Source: Nymphaea colorata (Eukaryota). Taken from it: 64,000 bases of DNA. Where the stretch lies: assembly GCF_008831285.2 (NCBI RefSeq), contig NC_045138.2, positions 39,370,001 to 39,434,000 on the forward strand, given 5' to 3'. The position numbers and the translations under genes were made by a program. Numbering within the stretch: the first letter of the stretch is position 1; each line of letters begins with the position of its first letter. Shown piece by piece: positions 24,654 to 36,595 of this stretch. Below the pieces are notes generated by a model. It worked only from the letters and a program-made list of their open reading frames with translations, searched no databases and was not told where the DNA came from.

Positions 24654-27600
24654 TCATATACCATCCAGGGTGGCTTGTTCATGCCAGACACCATTCAAAT
24701 TTGACTGCCACAGCCTAACCATACCATCACTTCCAGAAGTAGCTAATGTCATACCGCTCATATCCCATTCCAATTGCCATACCTGAAGAGAAAGTAAAAA
24801 GCAAATAAATTAGCATATGCATGAATCAAAGAAAAGATAAAAATGAAAAAACAATAAAGCAAACGGATGCTTTCTCTGAAAGGTGTCGTGCTACTTTGGC
24901 ATGAGAGCTTGACTAACATGGCATCTTTTTCATTTATAGTGGAAGCAGAAAATCCAGACTTCAACCATCATAGTAGTAAAACGCCCCTCCCCAACTCCCA
25001 GCAGGTATGCCCAGCTTTGCATTGCATAAGGAAAGGTGCCCATGAGAATTGAAACGTCATCTTTGTTCTAATAGCCACGGCATACCTCACTAGACCAACC
25101 CTTTCTGGGTCTACTGGAATCAAGGATGTTTGCATCTAAACGCCAATATCAGGCAGACGGACCTTAAGGTAACAAAGTCTCAGCAGTTTAGCTTATATAT
25201 ACCTCCCCATCGTGACCAGAAAGCAATGCAACTTTCTCAGATGATATCCTTCCATCAGTATCAGGTTTGAGTCCCAGGTGCCATATTGCAATTCCTTTGC
25301 ATGTTGCAACAGCTACTACCTCATAAGGCCTACAAGAACAAACAAGGTTGTAATTTCTCATGAGATTTTTTTTAAATACTTTTATATGGGTAGCCGCAAT
25401 TTCCTTGCCTGCCAATATTTGGAGCCCAAGCAACAGCATACACTGGATCCCCCTGGTCGCCAGGTAAAGACAACTCAGCAACATGTTTCCATCTTTGATG
25501 AGCCTCATCAAATTCCCACACCTGTAGAACAGTAAATTATTTTGAATCACGTCAAACCAAGTTGGTAATAACCAGAATTCTTATGCAATAACTTACATCC
25601 TCACATCGTTATCTGCAGTAAAGTTTTCTTCTCACAATCAGTTCAGCATTTCTACTATTAGAATTAAGTGGACAAAGTGAACAAATAAATAAGCTTCAAC
25701 GTTCTGCTTCTCAGAATTCACTTGTAAAAGCCAAAACTTTTGGGGCTTTGCCAACTGATTTTCAGTATTGTCTTGACTCTTGAGCACGTGAAGAGAAATG
25801 AATAGTTGTGGATAACAGCCATAGGTCTAAAATTTCCATATCACAATAACCGTCGATTCAGTGGTTACAGAAAGAACAGGATGTCAGTATAACTTCTGAA
25901 TACCTTCGAGGAATTTAGCTGTGATGTATCTGAGTTAAAACCAAGGATGAACATTGAACGTTGTGATTCAGCCCTTTGTGGACTCCAAGCAATAGAAGCA
26001 GACAAGCATAAGGGTTTAACAAATCTAGCAACTGTGTCTGATACATTCTGAAATTCTGCCTGCAAGGACCACACATTCCTTATATCAATTATTCATAACA
26101 ATTTTAAATATGTAATAAAGTATCTACAAGAGAAACTACCAAACATGCCATTCATTGCCCACAAGAAAATTTATCAAGATTCTTGTAGACATAAGCACTG
26201 GATAATTCTGAGGGAGCAAAGAGAAACCATCCTTTAGCATACCAACAGAAGGTTTATGAATACAAAAGAGTGCTTGATAGAAGGAAGCCACCAAAAACAA
26301 TTTAAATAGCAACTACATCATTGACTTACAGTTACATGCAACAGTTTCAGTTTTCGGGTGATTATGTCAAAATATCTTCATATTTTTCCTAATGTTGTTC
26401 TTTGGAACTTTCTTGCCAATAAGTCACAACCACAAAAGACTGTTAAAAATTGGTGACTAGAATTTGTAGAAATGAAGTTTCCACTCCCAACTGCTAATAC
26501 AATAGAAAAGCAGAAGTTACCCATTTTTTGTGTCACCAGTGCATTTTTTTTCCGATTTCCCAGTGTGTTAAAATTTTAAACGGCAACAAACTTCCTGAGG
26601 AAAGAATGTCTTATGATAAATCTCAAAAAATTTAACACACGGTCACCATTGTTAACAGCTCTATTGTCAACCTAGGGAATAGTCAGTCCATCTAGTTGCC
26701 TAGTCGGCCTCCTAGATGCTAGCCAACCAACTAATGCTTAGGTATTAGTCAGTTGGGCCCACAATGGAGACTAGTTTGTAGCCATCAACTGGTGACTAAG
26801 TCACATGGGTACTTCAATAACGTCCACGTACCCATGTCGCTGTACCCATGGTCTTGTACCCAAAGTGGGTACTTGGACACACTTGGGTACTTTATAGGTT
26901 CAAAACTCATCCAAACTGTATAATTTTACGTAATTTAATTTTTTTCAACTCAGTTTTCATTCTATTTTTTAAAGTTATTGTTCATGAACATGTAATGTTT
27001 TTATTTTAAATCACTTGTTTATTTAAATGTTCCTTTCATTCTGATCTTTTTGTGTTATTTTACATTTATACATATATATATATATATATATCCTGCCGTA
27101 CCCTTGTACCCACATCTTCTAAAGTTGTCGTATCCATACCCGAATCTCTGTACCTCTACCCATGTGACTTAGCTGACCAGGCCCACAGTGGGCTTTTAAG
27201 AAAAGTTATTTTGAACCATCAATGTAAAATTCTACTAAGTCATTTCCTTAGTAGCTTTCCTTCAATCTCCCTTCAGACTTTGTTTTTTAGTTCTCTTTCC
27301 TCTGTCACATAGATACTTATGGAAAGACCATAGTCACAAATAACATCTCGGAGTTTTAAACAACGAGATTTTTCTCGAGTATAATATGGCGGCCTTGAAA
27401 AAAATCGGAAAAATGTATTTTTTTAAATTAAAAAAAACTAAAAATAGGGGGAAATAAAATAAGTGAGAAAATAACAACACAAACATCAAAAGATAAGTAG
27501 ATTTGCAACAAAAAAAAAAAACTGTTTGGCATTAAAAAAATGAAAAAAAAGAGTAAAAAAACATGAAAAAATGCGTTTTTTCATTTTTAACGTTTTTAAA

Positions 27601-30600
27601 AAAAAATGTGTTTTTTTGAAGTTCTAACGGCATTTCATTTTTTTGCATTTTTTTTGCGTTTTTTTCAAAAATAACACGTTTTTTGTGACTATTGGAAAGA
27701 CACCAAACCTGCTCGACATGGCTATACATAGGTGGTAGTATGAGACATGGCTTACTCAGGCTTTTTGAGAATGCCCTGTACAGGTGTTCCGACACACACC
27801 TTGTCCACTGTCCAAACCACTGTCATGAATATTGTTCCTGCTTTTTAACATTGAGATCTTTTGTGGTTTTTAACGTCAATTTTTTTTTTGCAAAAATCTT
27901 GGGAAAAACTAGTAAAATTTAAAAAATAAAAAAGGCATAAATGAAATAAATGAGAAACTAATAGGAAAACATAAATAAAAACTATATAAAAAAGATAAAA
28001 TGAATGTTTTAATGATAATAAAAATGATGAAAATAATTTATTTAGTGTAAGTTTATATTTGAATCCATGATAATATCAATGCTGAAAAATAGAAAAATGA
28101 AAAAACAGGGAAAAATCGCAAAAAAAGAGAAAAAATGCGATAAATATATTTCCTTTTCCCAAAATATCACAATTTTTTCCCTTTTTTTGTTTTCTTATTT
28201 TTTATGTTAATATCATAATATTTTCGAAAATATCAAGATATTTGTGGCATTGGTCCAAACCGGTACTCTCTCTCTCTCTCTCTCTCTCTCTGCCCCCAAG
28301 TTCCCAACACAAACAGATAAAGACAGCAAAGCATATGAAAAATCAGCCTTGCAGGTACTCTCCCATCCTCTCTCTCTAAAATGTGAAGGTCTCTCTGATT
28401 CTATAATTCATTTATGTGTATATACAAAATATATAATATATAGGTGTATACAATTATGTAATTTATTATGCATATTCTCTATGTGTGTGCCTATATAAAT
28501 GTGTTTGTGTGGGTGTGTATGTGGTCATGACCCGACACACTCCCACACCCGTTTTGAGTTCCTCGTCCGACAGATCCCAACCCACCCCCTAGTAGCTTTG
28601 ATTTCAGCCATACCCACAAATATCGTCTTTGGGTTTTAAACAACAAGGTTTTTCGCAGGTATAAAACAACATAGTTGTTTTTTATGAGAAAAAATCGAGA
28701 GATTTTTTGCAAATTTTAAAACAATTGATCTTTTGGCAAGCAAGAGAGCGGTAGCCAAAAATCCTTAAAATAAAATGCTACATCACACAGACTCTTCAAA
28801 AAAGGGGCCGCACTCGTGTTGATACGACGCTAGTGCTAATACGGGTGCGGCTCCGACACACACCCCAACTGCATCCTTTTTTATGCATGTTCAAAATATT
28901 TTCTATTCTTTTTTTCCTTCTCTTTGTCCCTCTTTTTCTTTAGGACAGATTAAGCTACATTTATATATATATAATAAATATACTATATATATACAGTATA
29001 CACCCTCGCCGCACCCTCGCACCCAAATTTTTTGGGATATGCTGCACTAGCAGTGACACTCGCACCCTCTACTCATGTGACAGATAAAATGGGACAAATG
29101 TGAAAATGCAAAAAGAAAAGATAAAAGAACATGAAAAAAATGACAAAAAGTGCTTTTTTATTTATTTTTTTCTTTGTTGGCATTTCTTTTGAAAGAACGT
29201 GTTTTTTTACATTTTTTCAGCTGGCATGTTTTTTAACATTTTTAATGCATTTTTAGAAAAAAATCTCATTCTTTGCAGCTATGGTTCTAGGCTTCTAGTT
29301 CTAAAAAAGTTAGAAACCAGAACAATCTATCACTCAACCAACCCCTTTTTAAGCCTTTTGAAAATATCTCACAATCTTCAATATGAGACTATACTTTTAG
29401 GATGATATAATCTACCTCCTTAAGGCACACAAGCCTGTGAATGTGGAACCATAGGTCTGAGTGTTGCACAGGCTTTGATATCAACTGTCATGACCCGATC
29501 TACTTCCACACTGGGCTCGTGCACATGATTTGGTGGATCCTACATTGCCTCCTAGCAGCTTTGGTTCCAGTGCAAGAACCATGACAATCTATCACTTAGC
29601 CAACCTCCTTTTAAGTCCTTTGAAGATTTCTCTCTCGTATATTGTTATGTGCAATCAGTGAACTACATGGTTGACAAGATTGATAGTAATATTTTGTGTC
29701 AGGTGTTACCTTTTCACTTTAAGTGTTGTCTATGTGATTCCATATACCCACAGTCCCACACTAATATTGTTTTAATCAACTGACTTTCAATTTTGACAAC
29801 CAAGGTTAATTAGCAATAAAGATGCAACAACACAACCAAGTACAACTACAGTGTGGAGAGGACAACTCAGAATAGAGAACCTTGCATTAAGAATCATACC
29901 TGAAGCTGCCATTCCTTTAGTTAAAGATGCAACAACACAACCAAGTACAACTACAGTGTGGAGAGGACAACTCAGAATAGAGAACCTTGCATTAAGAATC
30001 ATACCTGAAGCTGCCATTCCTTTAGTTCAAGTGGGTCCAGCAACTCATAAACTCTGATATGCCCATCAGCACAAGCAGCTGCCTGAAAACATTACAAGCC
30101 AGTGTGATTATTAATTTTTCTTAACCAATATGAAAAAACAAAACATTTGCAGACCACAAAGATAGACTCCAAGAATTACATAAGGTGATTCACTTACTTG
30201 AGGTAACAAGTGCCCAGTAACCAGCATAAGGTTATCACTATATATGCACATATTAGAAGATATACTAATGTCTGATACAGGGAAAAATTTTTTAGCATTT
30301 ACATAAAAAAAGAGGAAGATATATCAACCATTAGAAGATTAAGCTCACTACAAAAGGGAGCAAAACTTTACAGAAATGAATATGTATGTGAAAACAAACA
30401 TTGGGTTTGACCCAACGAGGGCAACAAATGCAGGAAATACCTCTAGAAGAATTTATATAAATTAATCCACTCATATAAAATTTTTGCACTAGGAAAAAAA
30501 TCAAGAATAAAAAGAATATGTGCCTGAAATTCTAAGGAGCTCAAATTGTCTAACCAGGTTAGTGCCTTACACATGCATAGGAATTAAAACTGAAAGACAA

Positions 30601-33600
30601 AAACTCAACTTACCAACTTCAAATTTTTCCCACAGTTCCCAAAATTAAGATCAAGCACTCGAATTTCTTTGATCTCAAACAGTTTACACAGCTTCCATGT
30701 CAGATTTGTTTTCCCTGGGTACATGCATACAAAGATGTACAGAAATCAGCCTATGTCTCATAGAAATAGAATAGAATCTTTACAACCTAAAAGTAGTTTT
30801 TGAGAAACAAATGAAAGTGGACCTGACCCAATGAACATGTGTTCTCCGTGATACCTTCAGATACTTGTTCAACCCTCATTCACCATTTCAACAATGCCAT
30901 CAAGAGCAGGCATTAATCTTTTTTTAACGTTTTGTTGATATATTGGGCATACACTTAGAAGACATTTAGATGACTCCCAAAAGCAGGGCCTGTTGACTTT
31001 TATACAAGGCTTTTTGACAAATAAAAAAAAAATCCTGCCTGGAAGACAGATAACTAGGTTATACAAGGCTTGAAAATTTTTTAAAAAAAATCCTGCCTGG
31101 AAGACAGACATGGTTTTGCTTTTTTGTGGAACGGATCTCAATAATCCTTTCCTCTCACAGATAATGTTCACCCTTACCACTTTCTGGTGAGGATGAAACA
31201 ATTTTCTGAGTTTTACCAGCCAGTGGCTGGTTGGAAATGGTCAGACTGGCAAGACCAGCATTTTCCAGACAACCACGGCAAGAAATATCTGCGAAAATGT
31301 CAAAGAAAAAAAAAAGAAACAGTGGTTTTCTTCACCAAAAATGAATTCTCCAACCACCAAGCTGCTAGGAAATTAGTCAACCATGATTGCCAAACACTAT
31401 AACCATAGCCAGCCCATTCTGTAGAGTATAGCCAGTGAATGACTGGGAAATCAAACAAAGAAATTGTAGTTTTTCTGTCTTTCAAACCAAAGCCCCAGTA
31501 AAGAGTTTCATGGCACCTAAACACAGCAATTTCCAGGTTTTGTGCAAATCTGGCCAAATGTTGGATTGAATGCAATCATGTTTTGGACCTGCTATCCAAA
31601 TAGGGCCTTAAGTTTATACACAAGATCAAATTATTTCAAGAAAACATTTAGGTTAACAAATAAACAAAGCATCATTCTAGAACAAAACCATGAAACAGAA
31701 TGAAAATTTGTCCTGAGAGCAAGAGCAGACTACGTACCTTCATCAGTTTCTTCCCACAGTGAGAAACTCCCGTCAATACAAACACAAACAATTGCATCAC
31801 CAAACTCTGGAGGGACCCAGACAACTTTTGCAATAGCATGCTCGTGAGCCTGTAATAAGAGACCATTTAAAATGGAAAAAACTTGCATAATAAGAATTCA
31901 AGTAAGGAGAACAAGTTATCTTTTAAAGGGTGTGTACTTGCTTGAGCATGTACTTCACTTTGTCACAACATTTCTGATCCATTGCATGTTTATCAAGCCT
32001 CATCTTTTGAAAAACATGCTTTTATGTCAGTGAAGTGCAGCAGGCCTCAACTGTTTCAATGGGCAGTCGAGGTGTGAGCTCCATAGGTGTCAGTTATCAG
32101 AGCAAGCCAAAACATGCATAGTCCCTGTCGCTGGGAGTAGTAGCCTTGGGATTTTGCAACTCCAAGTGAGTGGCAAATACTCTCAACCAAAATGTGTTTT
32201 CCCCATTTTGCCGTTGGTCCGAAAGAAAGAAAATCCCCAGTTAATAAAAAGAAAAAACATACTTTTTACAAATATAAGCTAGGTGCTGCAAATATATGTA
32301 CTCTAGAACTCTGTTATTAAATGAAAATCAGTGCCAGGATTCAAAAAATGGATCTTTGAGTTCCTTTCTCTGCCAATCAAATCATATATGATTCTTTTTT
32401 GCCTTTCAGAGATTATAATTTTCCCTTACCCAAATCAACTGAGGACCTAAATTTAAGAGTTCAATTGAAGAATGAACGAGAACATGTACACTATTCACTA
32501 TTAAACCCAGTGAGTCCCACTAAATCTAATAGGTTATAGCAGGAAAATCACACAAACCTCAAGGCACCTACCCTTGGCTGGTTGCCAAGGTTGGCTGCTA
32601 CTGAGTGAATCACCTTTTGGAAATGCCTAGGCTATTGCCTAGCACACCTAGGCTCAACCAAGCATTCAAAACCTGAGACATTTTCTGTTTTCCTCTTTTT
32701 CTTCATCTTTTTTTTTTGTTGTCCGAGGCAGATCATTTTTCTTTCCCTTTTGTGATCTGAAGTAGTTTTTTCCTTCTTCCTTTATGCAGATTTTCTTTTC
32801 TCATTCCTTTTCATGTTGCATGCGATTTTAATTAGAAATATGTATGAATATATGTATGTATTTATGTGCCTATGATTATAAGTTTATAACTGCACTTACA
32901 TTTTATATAGGAATTAAAATATTAGAACTAAGACCTAGTTTTGGTATCCAAAAGATTAGAAACCTTCAAACTTTAACTCTGCAACTTTGCTCTTTCAAAC
33001 TTTTGATTAAGCTTATAAACTGGTGATGCTAAATTGTGAACGACGCTATCTTTATGCACCTTCAAGCTTTAACTGCCCAACTTGGCTCTTTACTTTTGAT
33101 TATGTTTATGATCATGTTACGGCTGCCTCAATGTTAGTGTGCATTTTAATTACTTTGCTGTTATGAGTTGATACTCGTAGCTTTCTCATCAAGGAATGTC
33201 TGAAACTTGTTGTTAATATCTCACAGATATTTCATAAAATGGGGTCTCCGTAGACCCCCAATCACCAAACCTTGCATGATTAGCTATAATTAAAAAGTAG
33301 ATATATATATATTCGTATTTTATTCGTTTACGTTTTTTTAGACAGATTAAGTCGCCCAGTCCACCGCAAGTTCTAGCATGCCAAGCGCTTTTGACAATAT
33401 AGCAGTCCTCACGAGTCCGTAACTACAAATTCTAGAAGTCGTATTAGGCAGATGAAACCCAATTTTCATAATGATGTGCCTCCAAAAAGACGATCCAATA
33501 AACAGAAATATTTGCTCGATTTAGGATGAAGATGAACTACATTACTACACAAAACATTTAACCGAAGCAAGAAACGCCAAAAATTAAATGGTAGAGATGA

Positions 33601-34203
33601 ACAAAGTAGCCGCAGCAGCCGCTATGATCAAGGCGAACTGCCTACGGAGGAACCCAGTGCCCTGAAGTATCACATTCTAATGCCCAAAAAATGGATCATA
33701 TAGTGTCCCCAAATCCGTGCCAGGACCCAAGACGATAGATACTTGATTTCCCTGTTGTCCCAGCTAAACAAGGAGAAAAAAGACACTAGATCCCCAGTGT
33801 AACCGCACGCGATATGTTCGCTTTTTTTACTTATAATTTTTCCTTAAAGAATCAGCGGCCCACAAAAATTGAGTGTTCAGTTGAAGAATGAACAAGAACG
33901 TGTACGCTATTTAAGTCAGCGAGTACCCCAATCTTAACGGGCCATAGAAGTAAAACAACACAAACCGCATAAACAAAAACAAAATCAAGGACATGAACTA
34001 GAAAGAATGAGGGAACATAAAGGAAAGGGAGATTGTACCCTCCATTTGTAAGAGCAGGTGAAGGAGGAGGAGGTGGAGGTGGGATCATCGGCATCGTAGA
34101 TGGAGACGGTACCGTCGACGGAGGCAGAAGCCATTCTCTGGCCGTTGTAGCTCCACCCGCTGCAGTTGGCTCCGTCCTCCATGCTCACCACCGCCCTCTC
34201 CAT
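24654..34203 (-). CDS. SEH1: Nucleoporin SEH1 (WD40, Nup107-160 complex); exons (minus) 34203-34039, 31849-31738, 30714-30614, 30082-30005, 26059-25904, 25521-25409, 25329-25203, 24782-24654; 326 aa
   Basis: WD40 repeats and SEH1 signatures: WSYNGQRMASASVDGTVSIYD, VVWVPPEFGDAI, YELLDPLELKEWQLQAEFQNV, VWEFDEAHQRW, AWAPNIGRPYEVVAVAT, GHDGEVWQLEWDMSGMTLATSGSDGMVRLWQSNLNG. Exons sum to 981 nt in frame. Intron 6 has a GC donor. Confidence 0.95.
26796..27172. mobile_element. MITE in SEH1 intron 4 with 16-bp TIR
   Basis: CTAAGTCACATGGGTA (26796-26811) and its exact reverse complement TACCCATGTGACTTAG (27157-27172); internal GTACCC motifs. A related decayed copy ends at ~29082 (TACTCATGTGACA). Confidence 0.75.
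28524..29640 (-). mobile_element. Decayed TRIM/LTR-retrotransposon remnant with nested DNA-element insertions
   Basis: GGCTTTGATATCA at 29471 is the reverse complement of an iMet PBS with 2 mismatches, next to TGTCATGACCCG (29486). LTR-like direct repeats: GTCATGACCCG...CCTAGTAGCTTTG at 28524-28608 and CAATCTATCACT...CTTTTAAG at ~29323 and ~29585. Confidence 0.5.
29817..30026. repeat. Perfect 105-bp tandem duplication spanning the SEH1 exon 4 3' end and its 5' splice site
   Basis: 29817-29921 is identical to 29922-30026. Confidence 0.95.
32535..33401. mobile_element. Decayed hAT-like non-autonomous element (GCCTAG-rich end) in SEH1 intron 1
   Basis: Clustered GCCTAG/CCTAGGC motifs at 32626-32653 and a GC-richer terminus ending GCGCTTTTGACAATATAG. 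Boundaries approximate. Confidence 0.35.
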
Positions 34204-34370
34204 CCTCTCTCTCACTCTCTCGCGTTTCCCGCTCTCGATTTTGAGGCAACAACATTTCCCGTTGTCGAGATGTGCCCCCTAAATGACATCTGAACGGGTT
34301 TGGTTCGGTTTCGGAAGAACAAATGTTCGATCCATCCAGTTCATGGAAATCTGGCCTGTACGTCAATCGT

Positions 34371-34675
34371 CAGGGATGGTCCAACGGATCTGGTTCAGAT
34401 CTGATATAGCAAATCAATATTTTGGCTCGAAATAGGATCCGGATCTAATACTAAAAAAACTGAAATGGTGTCGGAATTTTTGCATGTTATTGGATTTGGA
34501 TGTCCAAAACTCAGATACATGTCATGAAAATATATCATATCCGCATCCAATGCCTAGTCGAATGTGGATTTTCTTATCCAATTCAGTTCAAATCAAAACA
34601 TCGAATTACATGGAAAGCTTCCTATAAAAGTTGCAGATTCGAATACTTCAAACGTTAGAAATTTGGATGCAGCCA
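34371..34675. mobile_element. MITE of a GGATC/ATCCG-rich family, just upstream of SEH1
   Basis: Starts CAGGGATG, dense CGGAT/ATCCG/TCAGAT motifs. Similar blocks at ~44146-44475 and 63209-63620. Confidence 0.45.
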
Positions 34676-36595
34676 ATGAAAACCAAAGACCAAAGCTGTA
34701 CTCCGACCGCTTACACGTCTCCATAACCCTAGACAAAAAATTAGAAAAAAAGTGAAAACTAGAATGTAAAAGGTTTACATCATCGTGATATTTTAAAAAA
34801 TCTCATGATATTTACGAAAAAAATAGCAAAATCTCGTGAAGTTTTGCAAACCTCACCAAAGTGATATTTTCACGATTTTTAGTGAGAATTGTATTACTTT
34901 TTAGCATTGACGATTTTTAAAAGTTTTTAATGGTTTTTATGACTTTTAATTCTCAAAAAATCATAAAGATTTTTTTCGAGATTTTACTGACAAGTACAAC
35001 TTCACTGAAAAAAAATATCCGAACGATATATGCGACAACAGTTTACAAGTTTTTTTTTTTGGTCCCCAATAAATACAAAACATGATAGATTGTGAAGGGT
35101 GTGAGGATACTGTCCTTTCCAGTGGCGTTTCACTGGTAAGGCTGGACGTTGGAGCTAATTCCTTAACGCTTACATCTCACAAGACAGTCTAATCTTTTAA
35201 AGGTTCTCCCACATGTAAAGAAAATGGATTAGTTTGGTTCGGTGAAGGAAAAAAGAAAAAATCCAGGCTTAGTATGCCGTGTGACTTTCTTGAATATTGT
35301 ACATTTGTGTCTAAACTAACCGTGAAATCTAGCAAAAAAGATCAGATTTTGAGCTAGCCAAACTTATTAAAAAAAAAAAAAGTATTTGGTTCTGGGCACA
35401 ATTTTAAACTTAGTTGGTGCTGAGAGAAGCTAGATCTCTTAACGTAGCGAAATAGTTGGATTTAAGATCTTTGGCGGGTGTTTGCATCTCTTTGGTTGCT
35501 TTCCAGAACTAGACTTCACCGTGAAGAGTTACGCGCGATATGCATTTTTTATCTTTGCAATAGAATACAAACCTCACATGATATGCTCCCACTATAGGAA
35601 ACCAGGTACTCTTTCTTTCTGATGGGGCAGAAGACTCGTACTCCAAGAACAACAACGTTCTTACAATGATAGACCAACAACGATGGAGAACACCCTTATG
35701 CATGTTCTCGACGAACATCTTTTCATATGTTCCGACTGATTCGCCTCAAACAGATCAGTGAACTGCTGAGCTACCAATTTGGTGAATCAGCTAAAAATAT
35801 ATGAAAAAATATTTTTTAGGATAAAACAGGAAAATCTACTTAAAACTTAGAAATTCTTCAGATATTTTTAAATAAAAAGCGACAAGTGAAACTCTTGAAT
35901 TAGCCACATAAACGAATTGGTTTGCCAACGACTCGTTCCAATGGCCGATTCTGGATGATACTACTAAGCAGTGTTCTTTAATTCGTTTCCGAGATATTAT
36001 CCATAGCCTGAAAGCTTGATGTTCTGATCAGATGATCACTGTTATAACAGTTGTTAAGAGTAAGAGACGACCCGATACAATATCAATCGGGGAAGCTTTG
36101 AATTTCGAACAGTGATGAAGACGTGACTCCACCTGACCGAGCAGGACTTGTTAAGGTCGAGGTCAGACAATCAGCAGCTCCTCTCTCCATCTTCAATAAG
36201 AGAGAGAGAGTGTGTGTGCATGATGGCAATACGACAGGAACGAAGCCGGCCATTAAAGGCGTGTGCATGCATGCGTGCAAGGAAGTAGCAATTAATAAGC
36301 GTGTTGGCGATCGATTTTGAAGTGGTGGAGAAATTTATTGTCATGTTGGCAGCGGCCATGGTCAGGTCACTAAATTGCTCCATTAAAAGCAGCAGCCGCC
36401 GCATCTTCTCTATTCGTCCAAACAAAAAACTGATAGGTCATCTTTTACATGTAGCAGCACCTCGCTGAATTGATAGCACAGAAACAGAAAAAAGAGAAAA
36501 ATACAAAGAGAAAGAAGGACATGATAGGCTCTTAGTTAGCTAGAGATTAGGGTTTCGTTTTCTTTCATAGGGTTGCAGAGGGAAACAGTTCTGCT

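Noticed and set aside
29787..30057. Repetitive-peptide ORFs on both strands (also 44995-45309)
   Set aside because: By-products of tandem duplications whose unit length is a multiple of 3.
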